NCBI GenBank assembly: GCA_963731735.1
Contig: CAVSWO010000001.1
Location: 761 to 64,760 of the forward strand
Length of the DNA stretch: 64,000 nt
Reading direction: 5' to 3'
From: Candidatus Kerfeldbacteria bacterium
GTDB lineage: Bacteria > Patescibacteriota > Patescibacteriia > SBBC01 > CAIJZX01
A model generated the notes under the pieces. The model was not told the origin of the DNA and ran no database searches. It saw only the letters and a list, made by a program, of their open reading frames with translations. Below are positions 17,706 to 27,317 of the stretch, one piece after another (the stretch's first letter is position 1; each line of letters opens with the position of its first letter). The position numbers were made by a program, and so were the translations under genes.

Positions 17706-19100
17706 ATGAAGAATGCCATGACGGATGTTCGCGGACAGCGAGTGCTGGTGGTTGGCCTGGGATTGCATGGTGGCGGGGTGAGCGCCGTCCGCTGGCTAAA
17801 CCGCCACGGGGCAGACGTCCGGGTCACAGATCTGCGATCCGCCAGTCAGCTGCGGCCGAGCCTCAAACGTCTGCCGAAAACACGTATGCAGACCATCCTT
17901 GGGAAACATCGCTGGGCAGATTTTGCCTGGGCTGATTGTATTTATCAAAATCAAGGCGTGCCCAATACACAGCCGTTGATTGTACGAGCCAAGCGGCACG
18001 GCATTCCAATCGTGAATGAGGCCAGTCTTTTTTTTGCACGCTGCCCGGCTCGGATTATCGGCGTGACCGGAACGCGGGGAAAATCCAGCACCACCGCCCT
18101 GCTCGGCGCGATGTTGTCCAAACAATTCAGCCGCGTATTTGTATCCGGAAATATTCGGCAACAGCCGATGTTAGACATTTTGGACAAATTGCGAAAAACG
18201 GATACGGTCGTGCTTGAACTGTCATCGTTTCAATTAGAACACTTGGCCGCCGTCCAACGCAGTCCGGAGATCGCCGTTTTTACCAATTTACTGGTTGATC
18301 ATCTCAATCGTTACCGATCCATGCAGGCGTACGGGCAAGCTAAAGCCAACATCTTGGCCTGGCAACAAGCCGGGGATACGGCCGTGCTCAACCACGAATC
18401 AGCCGGAGTGCGCAAGCTGGCCGACCGGGTTCGGAGCCAGCGAGTCTGGTTTTTTCCGAGCGGCCGGCCAACTCAATCGGGTTTTGGTTGGGACGGAGAC
18501 AGGTTGGTTGAACGCCGAGGTCGGCGAGTGACGAAGCGGTTGGGAGTCTCGCGGAAGCTGGCACCGGGTAATCACCAACGAGCAAACATCCTGGCCGCGG
18601 TGGCGGCTGCGCGCGCGGCCGGAGCAAACTGGACGGCTGTCCAGGCCGGCCTGCGCGGTTTTCGCGGCTTACCGCACCGGCAGCAAGTTGTGCGACGCTG
18701 GCGCGGGCACACCTGGGTAAATGACACGACTGCTACCACGCCGGATGGCACGTTGGCGGCGCTGGATGTCTATCCATCCGGATTGTTTATCGTTGGCGGG
18801 ACCGACAAGCAGTTATCGTTTACCCGACTGGCCAAAGTATTGGCTAAGCGCAAGACCAATCTCATTTTTTTACCCGGCTCAGCCACGAAAAAATTACTGA
18901 CCGCTTTGCGTCAGGTCAAATGGCGCGGACAGGGGTGGCCAGTCAATAGCATGGCCGAAGCAGTCCAGCGAGCCCATCGAGAAGTCCAGCCGGGCCAAAC
19001 CGTGGTCCTCAGTCCAGGCGCGGCCAGTTTCGGACTTTTCAAACATGAATTTGATCGTGGTGATCAATTTATCCGAAAGGTGAAGGGGTTGCGATCATGA
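17706..19100 (+). CDS. murD: UDP-N-acetylmuramoylalanine--D-glutamate ligase
   Basis: Mur ligase P-loop IIGVTGTRGKSSTTALL. Position mraY-murD-ftsW. Confidence 0.9.
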   Translation: MKNAMTDVRGQRVLVVGLGLHGGGVSAVRWLNRHGADVRVTDLRSASQLRPSLKRLPKTRMQTILGKHRWADFAWADCIYQNQGVPNTQPLIVRAKRHGIPIVNEASLFFARCPARIIGVTGTRGKSSTTALLGAMLSKQFSRVFVSGNIRQQPMLDILDKLRKTDTVVLELSSFQLEHLAAVQRSPEIAVFTNLLVDHLNRYRSMQAYGQAKANILAWQQAGDTAVLNHESAGVRKLADRVRSQRVWFFPSGRPTQSGFGWDGDRLVERRGRRVTKRLGVSRKLAPGNHQRANILAAVAAARAAGANWTAVQAGLRGFRGLPHRQQVVRRWRGHTWVNDTTATTPDGTLAALDVYPSGLFIVGGTDKQLSFTRLAKVLAKRKTNLIFLPGSATKKLLTALRQVKWRGQGWPVNSMAEAVQRAHREVQPGQTVVLSPGAASFGLFKHEFDRGDQFIRKVKGLRS

Positions 19101-20215
19101 AACGTTCCCACGGGCACGCGCCAGATATTTGGGTCTGGATGAGTATCGCGATTCTGCTTGTGTTTGGATTGGTGATGCTCTCGAGCGCCAGCTCGGTCCT
19201 CGGATTTCAACGTTTTGACGATAGTAACTTTTTTCTCAAACGTCAGTTGATTTGGACGGCGGTTGGGGTCCTGGCCTTATTCGTAACCTATCGGATTGAT
19301 TACCATACCTGGAAAAGCTGGTCGGTGCCGATTATGATTGCCCTGATCGCGCTGCTGCTGGCGGTGTTCGTGCCGGGTTTGGGGATTGAATCACTGGGCG
19401 CCCATCGGTGGATCAACCTGGGATTCTTTGGGTTGCAACCGAGTGAATTGGCAAAACTGGCCACCATTATTTATTTGGCGGCTTGGCTCGACCAACGTGA
19501 ACACCAGATGCAGAGCGCGCGGGCTACGCTGTTACCGTTTTTGATTGCACTTGGCCTGGTCAGCGGTATTATCTTAGCCGAGCCCGATCTGGGCACCACG
19601 ACCGTGGTCCTGATGGTCTCGCTGATTTTATACTTTGCCTCCGGGGCGCCTTGGAAATTTGTGCTGGGCGTCATCGGGGCCGGGATCGGATTCTTTTTAT
19701 TGATGATCCAAATTGCACCGTATCGGGCGCAACGCTTTACCGTCTTCTTGAATCCGGAGCTTGATCCGCTGGGCATTGGATACCATATCAACCAAGCGCT
19801 GTTAGCAATTGGATCGGGTGGCTGGTTCGGATTGGGACTCGGTCATTCCCGCCAAAAATTTAATTACCTCCCGGAACCGGCCGGCGACTCAATCTTCGCC
19901 GTTACGGCTGAGGAACTTGGATTTTTGTTTGCGACGCTCTTTGTGGTGGCCTGGAGTTTTCTGATTTACCGAGGATTCCAGATCGCCAAACATGCACCGG
20001 ATCGGTTCGGTCGTTTAATGGCCACCGGAATTGTCGCCTGGTTGGGGATCCAAGCGTTTTTGAACATTGGCGCCTTAACCGGACTTTTGCCATTAACCGG
20101 TATCCCGCTGCCTTTCTTGAGTTACGGAGGATCGGCAATTATTGTAAACTTAGCGGCGGTGGGGATTCTCCTGAACATATCCCGCCAAACCGTTTACGGG
20201 AGTCGACGCGCATGA
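19097..20215 (+). CDS. ftsW: SEDS-family peptidoglycan glycosyltransferase FtsW
   Basis: 372 aa, about 10 TM, between murD and murG. ATGA coupling on both sides. Confidence 0.88.
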   Translation: MKRSHGHAPDIWVWMSIAILLVFGLVMLSSASSVLGFQRFDDSNFFLKRQLIWTAVGVLALFVTYRIDYHTWKSWSVPIMIALIALLLAVFVPGLGIESLGAHRWINLGFFGLQPSELAKLATIIYLAAWLDQREHQMQSARATLLPFLIALGLVSGIILAEPDLGTTTVVLMVSLILYFASGAPWKFVLGVIGAGIGFFLLMIQIAPYRAQRFTVFLNPELDPLGIGYHINQALLAIGSGGWFGLGLGHSRQKFNYLPEPAGDSIFAVTAEELGFLFATLFVVAWSFLIYRGFQIAKHAPDRFGRLMATGIVAWLGIQAFLNIGALTGLLPLTGIPLPFLSYGGSAIIVNLAAVGILLNISRQTVYGSRRA

Positions 20216-21273
20216 CCCATCGCATATTATTGAGTGGAGGCGGTACCGCCGGATCAGTCACCCCTTTATTGGCGGTGCATGCCTATCTGACTCAGCAAGA
20301 TCCGTCCATTGAGTGGTTATTTGTCGGAACCGACACGGGCCCCGAACGGGCATTGGCCGAAGCGGCCAATTTGCCTTTCCGCACCGTCCGGGCCGGCAAG
20401 CTGCGTCGGTATTGGTCGTGGAAAAATATTTCGGACTGGTCCAACCTCTACCAGGGTTACCGGCAGGCTCGAGAGTTGATTCGAGAATGGAAACCGACCG
20501 TGGTGGTTTCGGCCGGATCGTATGTCTCGGTGCCAATCGCCTGGGCAGCGAAACTGCATCGCATACCGGTCGTCATTCATCAGCAGGATGTTCGGCCCGG
20601 CTTAGCCAATCGACTGATGGCCCCGGCCGCCAGCCGAATCACCGTTAGCTTTGAATCATCACTCCGTCATTTTCCAAAATCAAAAAGTATCTTTACCGGA
20701 AATCCGGTCCGAAGTGAATTCTTACACGCTGACGCGGCGCGCGGACGGGAGCTCTTAGATCTGAACAGCCGTTTGCCGGTTTTGGTTGTCTTAGGCGGCA
20801 GTACCGGTTCCAGCGCGTTAAATAGTTTAGTCAGTACGATTGGGTACCGGTTGGTCCAGCATTGGCAGGTGGTTCACCTAACCGGCTCGGCTCGAGACTT
20901 TGTCGAACTGCAGGACCCGCACTATCACGTGGTGCAATTTCTGACCTGGCAATTGCCGCATCTGATGGCCGCCAGCGATTTGGTGGTCAGCCGAGCAGGT
21001 CTGGGCGTGATTACCGAACTCGGCGCCCTGCGGCGCGCCGCCATTATCCTACCCATGCCGGGAACGCATCAAGAAGACAATGCGGCCCTGATTGACCGAC
21101 GGCATGCCGGATTGGTTTTGCAGCAATCCGGGTTAACGAGTGAAGACTTGTATCAAGCGATTGAAGCGCTGCGGATTGATCCGGCGCGCCGCCAGCACTA
21201 CGCGCACAATATTCACCAACTGTACCAACCGAACGCCCTGGAACAATTAAGTCAGGTCATTCTGCATGCCTAA
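20212..21273 (+). CDS. murG: UDP-GlcNAc--undecaprenyl-PP-MurNAc-pentapeptide GlcNAc transferase
   Basis: N-terminal LSGGGTAGSVTPLLAV (the G-loop of MurG) and a GT28 C-terminal domain. Confidence 0.9.
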   Translation: MTHRILLSGGGTAGSVTPLLAVHAYLTQQDPSIEWLFVGTDTGPERALAEAANLPFRTVRAGKLRRYWSWKNISDWSNLYQGYRQARELIREWKPTVVVSAGSYVSVPIAWAAKLHRIPVVIHQQDVRPGLANRLMAPAASRITVSFESSLRHFPKSKSIFTGNPVRSEFLHADAARGRELLDLNSRLPVLVVLGGSTGSSALNSLVSTIGYRLVQHWQVVHLTGSARDFVELQDPHYHVVQFLTWQLPHLMAASDLVVSRAGLGVITELGALRRAAIILPMPGTHQEDNAALIDRRHAGLVLQQSGLTSEDLYQAIEALRIDPARRQHYAHNIHQLYQPNALEQLSQVILHA

Positions 21274-22651
21274 CACCACCTTGCTCCAATCGTGCAACCG
21301 AATGTACTGTTTTGGCATCGGCGGAGTGGGCGTGTCCGGAGTCGCCCGAATCTTATTAGCCCGCGGGATCGAGGTCGTTGGGTTTGAACCAAATCCTTCG
21401 CCGCTGACTGCAGACGTGGAACGGGACGGAGGAAAAATTTTCCAAACCTTTGACCCCGCGCAACTGGATGGTATCGAGGGGGTCGTGTATTCCGACGCCT
21501 GGCATGATCACCCGGGCTTAGCCACTGCCCGGAAACAAGGAATCCCGTGCTGGTCATTTGCCGAAGGGCTGGGGCAATTGATGAGTCGGGCGGCCGCTCG
21601 AATCGCGATTAGCGGCACCAATGGTAAAAGCACCACCACCGCCTTGACCGGGCTGTTACTGGCGAATGCCAAAAAAAATCCAACCGTTTTTGTTGGTAGT
21701 CGGGTGGCCCAATTTGCCGGTAACGTCCGCATCGGCTCGCCGCGCTTATTCGTGGCCGAAGCGGATGAATATCGCGATCATTACCATCAGCTTCAACCGA
21801 CTATTCTGACCATCACCAATATCGAGGCCGATCATTTGGATTATTTTAAAACGGCGCAGGCAGTCAATCAAAGTTTTCAAACCATGATCAGCAAATTGGG
21901 ATCGGATGGGCAAGTGGTGGCTAATCTTGATGATCCAACTACCCGGCAGGTCCTACAAGGTTTTCCGCGATTGACCACCTTCGGAACCAGTCCGGGTGTC
22001 GATCTGCAACTGACGGATCAGCAGACAGAATCCGGCCGGCAACATTTCTCACTGATTTGGCAAGGCCGGGAACTGGGAAAATTTACCGTCGAAATTCCCG
22101 GCGACTATAATCTCTCCAATATCGCCGCCGCGGTCGCAACCGCCCTGCGGGCCGGAGCCAAGCCGGATAGCTTTTCCAAAACACTGGCTGACTTTCACGG
22201 GGTCTGGCGCCGATTTGAAATTTTGAACGCCGGCGCGGCGGTCACGATCGTCAATGATTACGCCCACCATCCAACCGCCGTCCGGGGCGTCCTGGAAGGG
22301 GGGCGGGCGTTTTATCCGGGTCGAAGAATTTTAGCCGTATTTCAACCGCATCACCACCACCGTTTAGCCAGTCTGTTTCCGGGTTTTGTCAACGCCTTTC
22401 AAGCGGCGGATTACGTTTTGCTGACCGACGTGTTTGCGGTCCCGGGACGCGATCAAACACCGGTGAAAACCAGTCAGGATTTAGCGGCCGCCTTGCAAGC
22501 TCAAGGCCGGGCGGTATCCTACGCGGCCACCCTTGAAGACACCAAGAATCGTTTACGCCAACTCATTCAACCGGGTGATGTGGTGATCGTGATGGGGGCC
22601 GGCGATATTTGGAAAGTCGGCGTGGAATTAGCCAAAGACTATGCCAAATAA
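21266..22651 (+). CDS. murC: UDP-N-acetylmuramate--L-alanine ligase
   Basis: FGIGGVGVSGVARIL and IAISGTNGKSTTTAL. Confidence 0.92.
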   Translation: MPNTTLLQSCNRMYCFGIGGVGVSGVARILLARGIEVVGFEPNPSPLTADVERDGGKIFQTFDPAQLDGIEGVVYSDAWHDHPGLATARKQGIPCWSFAEGLGQLMSRAAARIAISGTNGKSTTTALTGLLLANAKKNPTVFVGSRVAQFAGNVRIGSPRLFVAEADEYRDHYHQLQPTILTITNIEADHLDYFKTAQAVNQSFQTMISKLGSDGQVVANLDDPTTRQVLQGFPRLTTFGTSPGVDLQLTDQQTESGRQHFSLIWQGRELGKFTVEIPGDYNLSNIAAAVATALRAGAKPDSFSKTLADFHGVWRRFEILNAGAAVTIVNDYAHHPTAVRGVLEGGRAFYPGRRILAVFQPHHHHRLASLFPGFVNAFQAADYVLLTDVFAVPGRDQTPVKTSQDLAAALQAQGRAVSYAATLEDTKNRLRQLIQPGDVVIVMGAGDIWKVGVELAKDYAK

Positions 22652-23564
22652 TTTTCAGCTGCAAGAAAACGTCCCGCTCGCACCCTTAACGACACTCAAA
22701 TTGGGGGGCAGGGCACGGTACCTGGTCGCCGCCAAATCGGTTGATGAAGCTCGCCAGGCGCTGGCCTGGGCCCAGCAACGGCAGCTTGACTGGGTGGTCT
22801 TGGGCGCCGGCAGTAATACCCTGGTGGCCGACACCGGGTACGCCGGCTTGGTGGTGGTAATGCGTAACGATCAAGCCGAATGGAAGCCGCCGCACGTCAC
22901 CGTCGGGGCCGGCATGAAACTTGGCCAACTGGTAGCCGGCGCGTTACAGCATGATCTGGGCGGTTTGTGGTGGTTGATTGGGGTACCGGGCAGTGTCGGT
23001 GGCGCGATTTACGGCAACGCCGGGAGTCGTGATCAAGCTATCGGTCAGTATGTACAGTGGGTGGAAACGTTGGAACCAACCGGTCAGTTCAAACGTTGGT
23101 CACTGGACGAATGTGAATTCAGGTATCGGCATAGTCGGTTTAAAGAGCAGCATACAATTATTATTCGGGCCGGTCTGCAGTTACCAGCCGTCGATCGATC
23201 GCAGGAACAGCAGCTACTCAAAGAAAAAGCCGCTGCCAAGCAGAAAAATCAACCGTTGACCGCCGCCTCGGCCGGATGCATGTTTAAGAATCCCAGCGTC
23301 GAAGGGGTGTCGCTTCCGGACTATTTACAAACCCAAGTCTTTCCGGACAAGACCATTTCGGCCTGGCGTTTAATTGCGGCCTTGGACCTGCCCGGATTTC
23401 AACTCGGGCAAATGCAAATTTCGACCAAGCACGCGAATTTTATGATTAACTTGGGCGGCGCCACCGCCGATCAAGTCGTCCAACTGCTGAGTTACGTCAA
23501 ACAGCAAGTGCGTGATAATTTGGGCGTGCAATTACAAGAGGAAGTTCAATATTTAGGCTTCTAA
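22641..23564 (+). CDS. murB: UDP-N-acetylenolpyruvoylglucosamine reductase
   Basis: FAD-binding N-terminus LKLGGRARYLV...VLGAGSNTLV and a MurB C-terminal domain. Confidence 0.9.
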   Translation: MPNNFQLQENVPLAPLTTLKLGGRARYLVAAKSVDEARQALAWAQQRQLDWVVLGAGSNTLVADTGYAGLVVVMRNDQAEWKPPHVTVGAGMKLGQLVAGALQHDLGGLWWLIGVPGSVGGAIYGNAGSRDQAIGQYVQWVETLEPTGQFKRWSLDECEFRYRHSRFKEQHTIIIRAGLQLPAVDRSQEQQLLKEKAAAKQKNQPLTAASAGCMFKNPSVEGVSLPDYLQTQVFPDKTISAWRLIAALDLPGFQLGQMQISTKHANFMINLGGATADQVVQLLSYVKQQVRDNLGVQLQEEVQYLGF

Positions 23565-23871
23565 AGGATAGTCGAACACGCGTCAGGCTGCTGCATATTC
23601 CAATACGTCGTTTACCGAAAGTACTGCGAAGCTTGTATCGGTGATTAAAACCAAACGGAGTGTTCGCGGTTAGCCTGAAACCTTTTCCAACTGTCGAACA
23701 GGGCATGCAACAAACACTCCACTCCGGATGGACCGAACGGTACTTTGCGTTTTTACCGTCCCCGTGAATTTCGGTCACTCCTCAGCCAGGCGGGATTCAA
23801 GCAGATTGTCATGCACCGACGGCAGCCGGGGAAAAACCTTGGTTGTACTTTCAAGCTCAAGCTTGATCATG

Positions 23872-23877
23872 TATACT
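23872..23877 (+). promoter_or_regulatory. -10-like element TATACT eight nt upstream of the hpf ATG, giving a leaderless or near-leaderless start
   Basis: TATACT at 23872-23877, only a weak -35 (TTTCAA), and the hpf ATG at 23886 with no SD. Confidence 0.3.
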
Positions 23878-23885
23878 GAACACCT

Positions 23886-24197
23886 ATGCAACTTACTATC
23901 AGCGGTAAAGATTTCGCGCTAACGCCATCCATTAAAACCTACGTTGCCAGCAAGCTTAGCCGGCTGGAGAAATTTGCCCATGACGCTGAACGGATTGGGG
24001 TGGAGCTCGATGTCGATCATAGTCATCACAAAGGTGATATTTACAGAATTGAAGTTTGGGTCTATTTTCCGGGTGAGACGATTCAGGCCGGCGAAAAGGC
24101 TGAAGATATGCACGCGGCCGTCGATTTGGTCTATCCGAAGCTCGAACGACAATTGACGGATCGCAAGCAAAAAAAGCTGGCCGAGCGAAAAGGCTGA
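23886..24197 (+). CDS. hpf: ribosome hibernation promoting factor (short HPF/RaiA type)
   Basis: MQLTISGKDFALTPSIKTYVASKLSRLEKF...IEVWVYFPGETIQA... matches the sigma54-modulation/HPF fold. Confidence 0.85.
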   Translation: MQLTISGKDFALTPSIKTYVASKLSRLEKFAHDAERIGVELDVDHSHHKGDIYRIEVWVYFPGETIQAGEKAEDMHAAVDLVYPKLERQLTDRKQKKLAERKG

Positions 24198-24214
24198 TCC
24201 GACATCAGGCGTCA

Positions 24215-24250
24215 GGGCTAAACCGGCCGGTTTGGCCGCTTGATTTTTTA
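24215..24250 (+). terminator. rho-independent terminator after hpf
   Basis: Stem ggctaaaccgg / ccggtttggcc (one G-U pair) followed by gcttgatttttta. Confidence 0.5.
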
Positions 24251-24279
24251 GGCCCAGGTTGGTAAAGTAAGCTCCTGCT

Positions 24280-26991
24280 ATGGCACTGTTAGGGAAACTT
24301 TTTGGCGATGCGAATGCGCGGTTGATCAAGCAGCTGCAGCCGACCATTGACCGAATCAACCAATTCAAACCGACGGTTAGCGCCTGGGAAGACGCGAAAT
24401 TTCGCGACCGGGCGACCGAACTCCGTCAGCAGGTGGACGGCGATTTTGCTAAACTCGATCCCTTGGTGCCGGAAGTCTTCGCCATGGTCCGGGAAGCGGC
24501 CCAGCGCAAACTCGGGATGGAGCACTTTGACGTCCAGCTGGTTGGCGGTCTGATACTGCATCGCGGGGAAATTGCGGAAATGAAAACTGGTGAAGGGAAG
24601 ACGTTGGTAGCCACCTTAGCGGTCGCCCTGAATGCCTTAACCGGGCAAGGGGTGCACGTGGTGACGGTCAACGACTATTTGGCCCGGCGCGATGCCGGTT
24701 GGATGGCCGAAATTTATGACTTTCTCGGTTTAAGCGTCGGGGTGATTATTCACGATCAGGCGTTTGTGTATGATGCAAAGTACGACGATCCGGAGGCGGT
24801 CGACGACCGGACCCGACATTTGCGACCGGTGGCCCGACCCGAAGCCTATCAGGCTGACATTACTTACGGCACGAATAATGAATTTGGGTTTGATTATTTG
24901 CGTGATAATATGGTGCCGGATCAGCGCTATATCGTGCAACGACCGTTCGCCTACGCCATCATCGACGAAGTCGACAGTATTTTGATTGACGAAGCTCGGA
25001 CGCCGCTGATTATTTCCGCTCCGGCCGAGCAATCATCCGATCGGTACCAAAAATTTGCCCAAATTGTCTCGCGGTTGGAAACCAGCGATTACACAGTCGA
25101 TGAAAAGATGCGGGCGGCCACCTTGACGGAACAGGGGATCGCGCACGTTGAACAAATGCTGAATATCGATAACATCTATACGGCCGGCGGCATTGAGATG
25201 GTTCACCATCTTGAATCGGCCCTCAAGGCCCGGACATTGTTTCAGCGCGATAAAGACTACGTCGTCAAAGATGGTGAGGTAATAATTGTTGATGAGTTTA
25301 CCGGACGTTTAATGCAGGGCCGCCGCTATTCGGAAGGACTCCACCAGGCCATCGAGGCTAAAGAAGGGTTGTCCGTCAAACAGGAAAGCCGCACCCTAGC
25401 CACGGTCTCACTCCAAAACCTGTTCCGTCTGTATCCGAAGAAAGCCGGTATGACCGGCACGGCCGCGACCGAAGCCGAAGAGTTTCATAAAATCTATGAT
25501 TTGAACGTGGCGGTCATTCCAACCAATCAACCGTTGGCCCGCAAAGATTTATCGGACAGTGTTTACAAAAACGAACAGGGTAAATACACCGCCATCATAC
25601 GAGAAGTCAAACGTCGTCACGAAGCCGGCCAGCCGGTATTAATCGGAACCATTTCAATTGAAAAGAACGAACTCTTGAGCGAGTTGCTCAACAATGAAGG
25701 AATTCCGCATGAACTGCTGAACGCCAAGAACCACGAGCGTGAAGCGCAGATCATCGCCCAGGCGGGACAACCGGGCGCGGTCACGCTGGCCACCAATATT
25801 GCCGGCCGTGGCGTTGACATCGTACTAGGCGGTTCACCGGCGGATGCCGCGTCGGCCAAGGCCGTACGTGAAGCCGGCGGTCTCCATATCCTGGGTACCG
25901 AGCGGCATGAATCACGACGGATTGATAATCAGTTGCGTGGCCGGGCCGGCCGACAAGGGGACGCCGGGTCGAGTCAATTCTTCGTTTCGATGGAAGATGA
26001 TTTGATGCGTATCTTCGGGCAGGACCGAATGAAGAACATGATGGAGCGCTTGGGTATACCGGATGACCAGCCGATCGAAAGTGGTATGGTTTCGAAGGCG
26101 ATTGAACAGGCTCAAAAGAAAGTCGAAGGCCACAATTTCGACATCCGTAAACACTTGGTTGAATACGACGACGTCATGAACAAGCACCGCGAGGTGATAT
26201 ACAAACGCCGCCGCGGGATATTACTGGCCGACCCGGAAGCAATCCGCCAGCGAATTTCCGAGCTGGTTGAAAAAGAAATCACCCAGGTGGTTTCATTCCA
26301 CACGGCTGGAGAAGTTGAACAGAACTGGAATCTGGACGCGATTTATAACGCGGTCGAAGCGATGGGCTTGATTGGGCTCAAGGGACGCTTAACTTTAGAG
26401 GATTTGCGAGACCAAGCCGGTGACCAGGCGCATGACGCGGCCGCCCGGACGAAAATCATCGAGTTTTTGATGGAGCAGGCCAAGGTCAAAATGGACGAAC
26501 AGTCCAAACAAGTGGAAAATCCAGCCGCCTGGCCTGAAGTTGCCCGCAACATCATGTTGCGGACAATCGATCAACTTTGGGTCGAGCATCTCGACCTAAT
26601 GGAACGGCTGCGTGAGGGAATCGGTCTGCGCGGTTATGGACAGAAAGATCCGTTGGTTGAATATAAACGAGAAGCCTTTGATTTGTTCAATCAATTGATT
26701 AACGCCATCAACGCCCAAATTGCGAATACCATTTTTCGAGTCACGATCACACCGGGCGATCAAGCTCCGCAATCACCGACACCCCAAGCGATGCAATATT
26801 CCGCCCCGCAAAAAGAAGCAACTGAATCACGCCAAGCCGGTGCCTTTATAAAAAAACAAAATATCGTTGATGGGGTTGATCTTTCCAACGTTGGCCGAAA
26901 TGATCCGTGTCCATGCGGATCCGGAAAGAAATTTAAGAAGTGCTACCTGGCCAATGACCCGGGGTGCAAATTATTACACCAAGTCAGCTAA
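24280..26991 (+). CDS. secA: preprotein translocase ATPase SecA
   Basis: 903 aa with DEAD motor motifs and a C-terminal zinc-binding tail CPCGSGKKFKKCY. Confidence 0.97.
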   Translation: MALLGKLFGDANARLIKQLQPTIDRINQFKPTVSAWEDAKFRDRATELRQQVDGDFAKLDPLVPEVFAMVREAAQRKLGMEHFDVQLVGGLILHRGEIAEMKTGEGKTLVATLAVALNALTGQGVHVVTVNDYLARRDAGWMAEIYDFLGLSVGVIIHDQAFVYDAKYDDPEAVDDRTRHLRPVARPEAYQADITYGTNNEFGFDYLRDNMVPDQRYIVQRPFAYAIIDEVDSILIDEARTPLIISAPAEQSSDRYQKFAQIVSRLETSDYTVDEKMRAATLTEQGIAHVEQMLNIDNIYTAGGIEMVHHLESALKARTLFQRDKDYVVKDGEVIIVDEFTGRLMQGRRYSEGLHQAIEAKEGLSVKQESRTLATVSLQNLFRLYPKKAGMTGTAATEAEEFHKIYDLNVAVIPTNQPLARKDLSDSVYKNEQGKYTAIIREVKRRHEAGQPVLIGTISIEKNELLSELLNNEGIPHELLNAKNHEREAQIIAQAGQPGAVTLATNIAGRGVDIVLGGSPADAASAKAVREAGGLHILGTERHESRRIDNQLRGRAGRQGDAGSSQFFVSMEDDLMRIFGQDRMKNMMERLGIPDDQPIESGMVSKAIEQAQKKVEGHNFDIRKHLVEYDDVMNKHREVIYKRRRGILLADPEAIRQRISELVEKEITQVVSFHTAGEVEQNWNLDAIYNAVEAMGLIGLKGRLTLEDLRDQAGDQAHDAAARTKIIEFLMEQAKVKMDEQSKQVENPAAWPEVARNIMLRTIDQLWVEHLDLMERLREGIGLRGYGQKDPLVEYKREAFDLFNQLINAINAQIANTIFRVTITPGDQAPQSPTPQAMQYSAPQKEATESRQAGAFIKKQNIVDGVDLSNVGRNDPCPCGSGKKFKKCYLANDPGCKLLHQVS

Positions 26992-27017
26992 AGAACGCAA
27001 AAAAATTAAAGTGCGAT

Positions 27018-27046
27018 GTTGACAAAACCGATTTTTTGTGCTAAAA
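27018..27046 (+). promoter_or_regulatory. near-consensus sigma70 promoter (TTGACA-17-TAAAAT)
   Basis: TTGACA at 27018-27023, a 17-nt spacer, and TAAAAT at 27041-27046. The predicted TSS is near 27053, about 265 nt upstream of secD. Confidence 0.6.
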
Positions 27047-27052
27047 TACTAT

Positions 27053-27317
27053 TTGTACGCGTGAAAAACGTACATGTGTTCCTTGAAGAAACACAAAAAG
27101 AAAAACAAAAGCGCGACTAGGGGCTCCAGGTGATGTTTGATCTGGAGCGGTCTCCAGGCCAGGCATCACCTGCGTACTCCAAAGCGAATACTCAACATCG
27201 CCCCGGGGTCATTGAGCCCCTAGTTCCCACCTTTTCCTACCGACCGGACGCGGCCGGTGTTTTTATATCCGGACTTGTCGTTTTCGGGCTGAAGCCCTAT
27301 ACTGGCTGAGTTACTGT
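27053..27317 (+). promoter_or_regulatory. long structured 5' leader or small RNA upstream of secD
   Basis: A 10-bp perfect closing helix, ctaggggctc (27118-27127) with gagcccctag (27207-27216), encloses a 9-bp hairpin (caggtgatg...catcacctg) that contains a nested ctggag-cggt-ctccag hairpin. Downstream lies accgg-acgcgg-ccggt followed by gttttta. No ORF with an RBS is present. Confidence 0.3.

Noticed and set aside
24289-26589. Antisense and alternate-frame ORFs within secA.
   Set aside because: secA is unambiguous, and these are spurious.
27140-27175. CCAGGCCAGG string in the secD leader, superficially like SRP RNA helix 8.
   Set aside because: The local fold is a branched structure with no GGAA tetraloop hairpin, and it does not fit the SRP RNA domain IV consensus.
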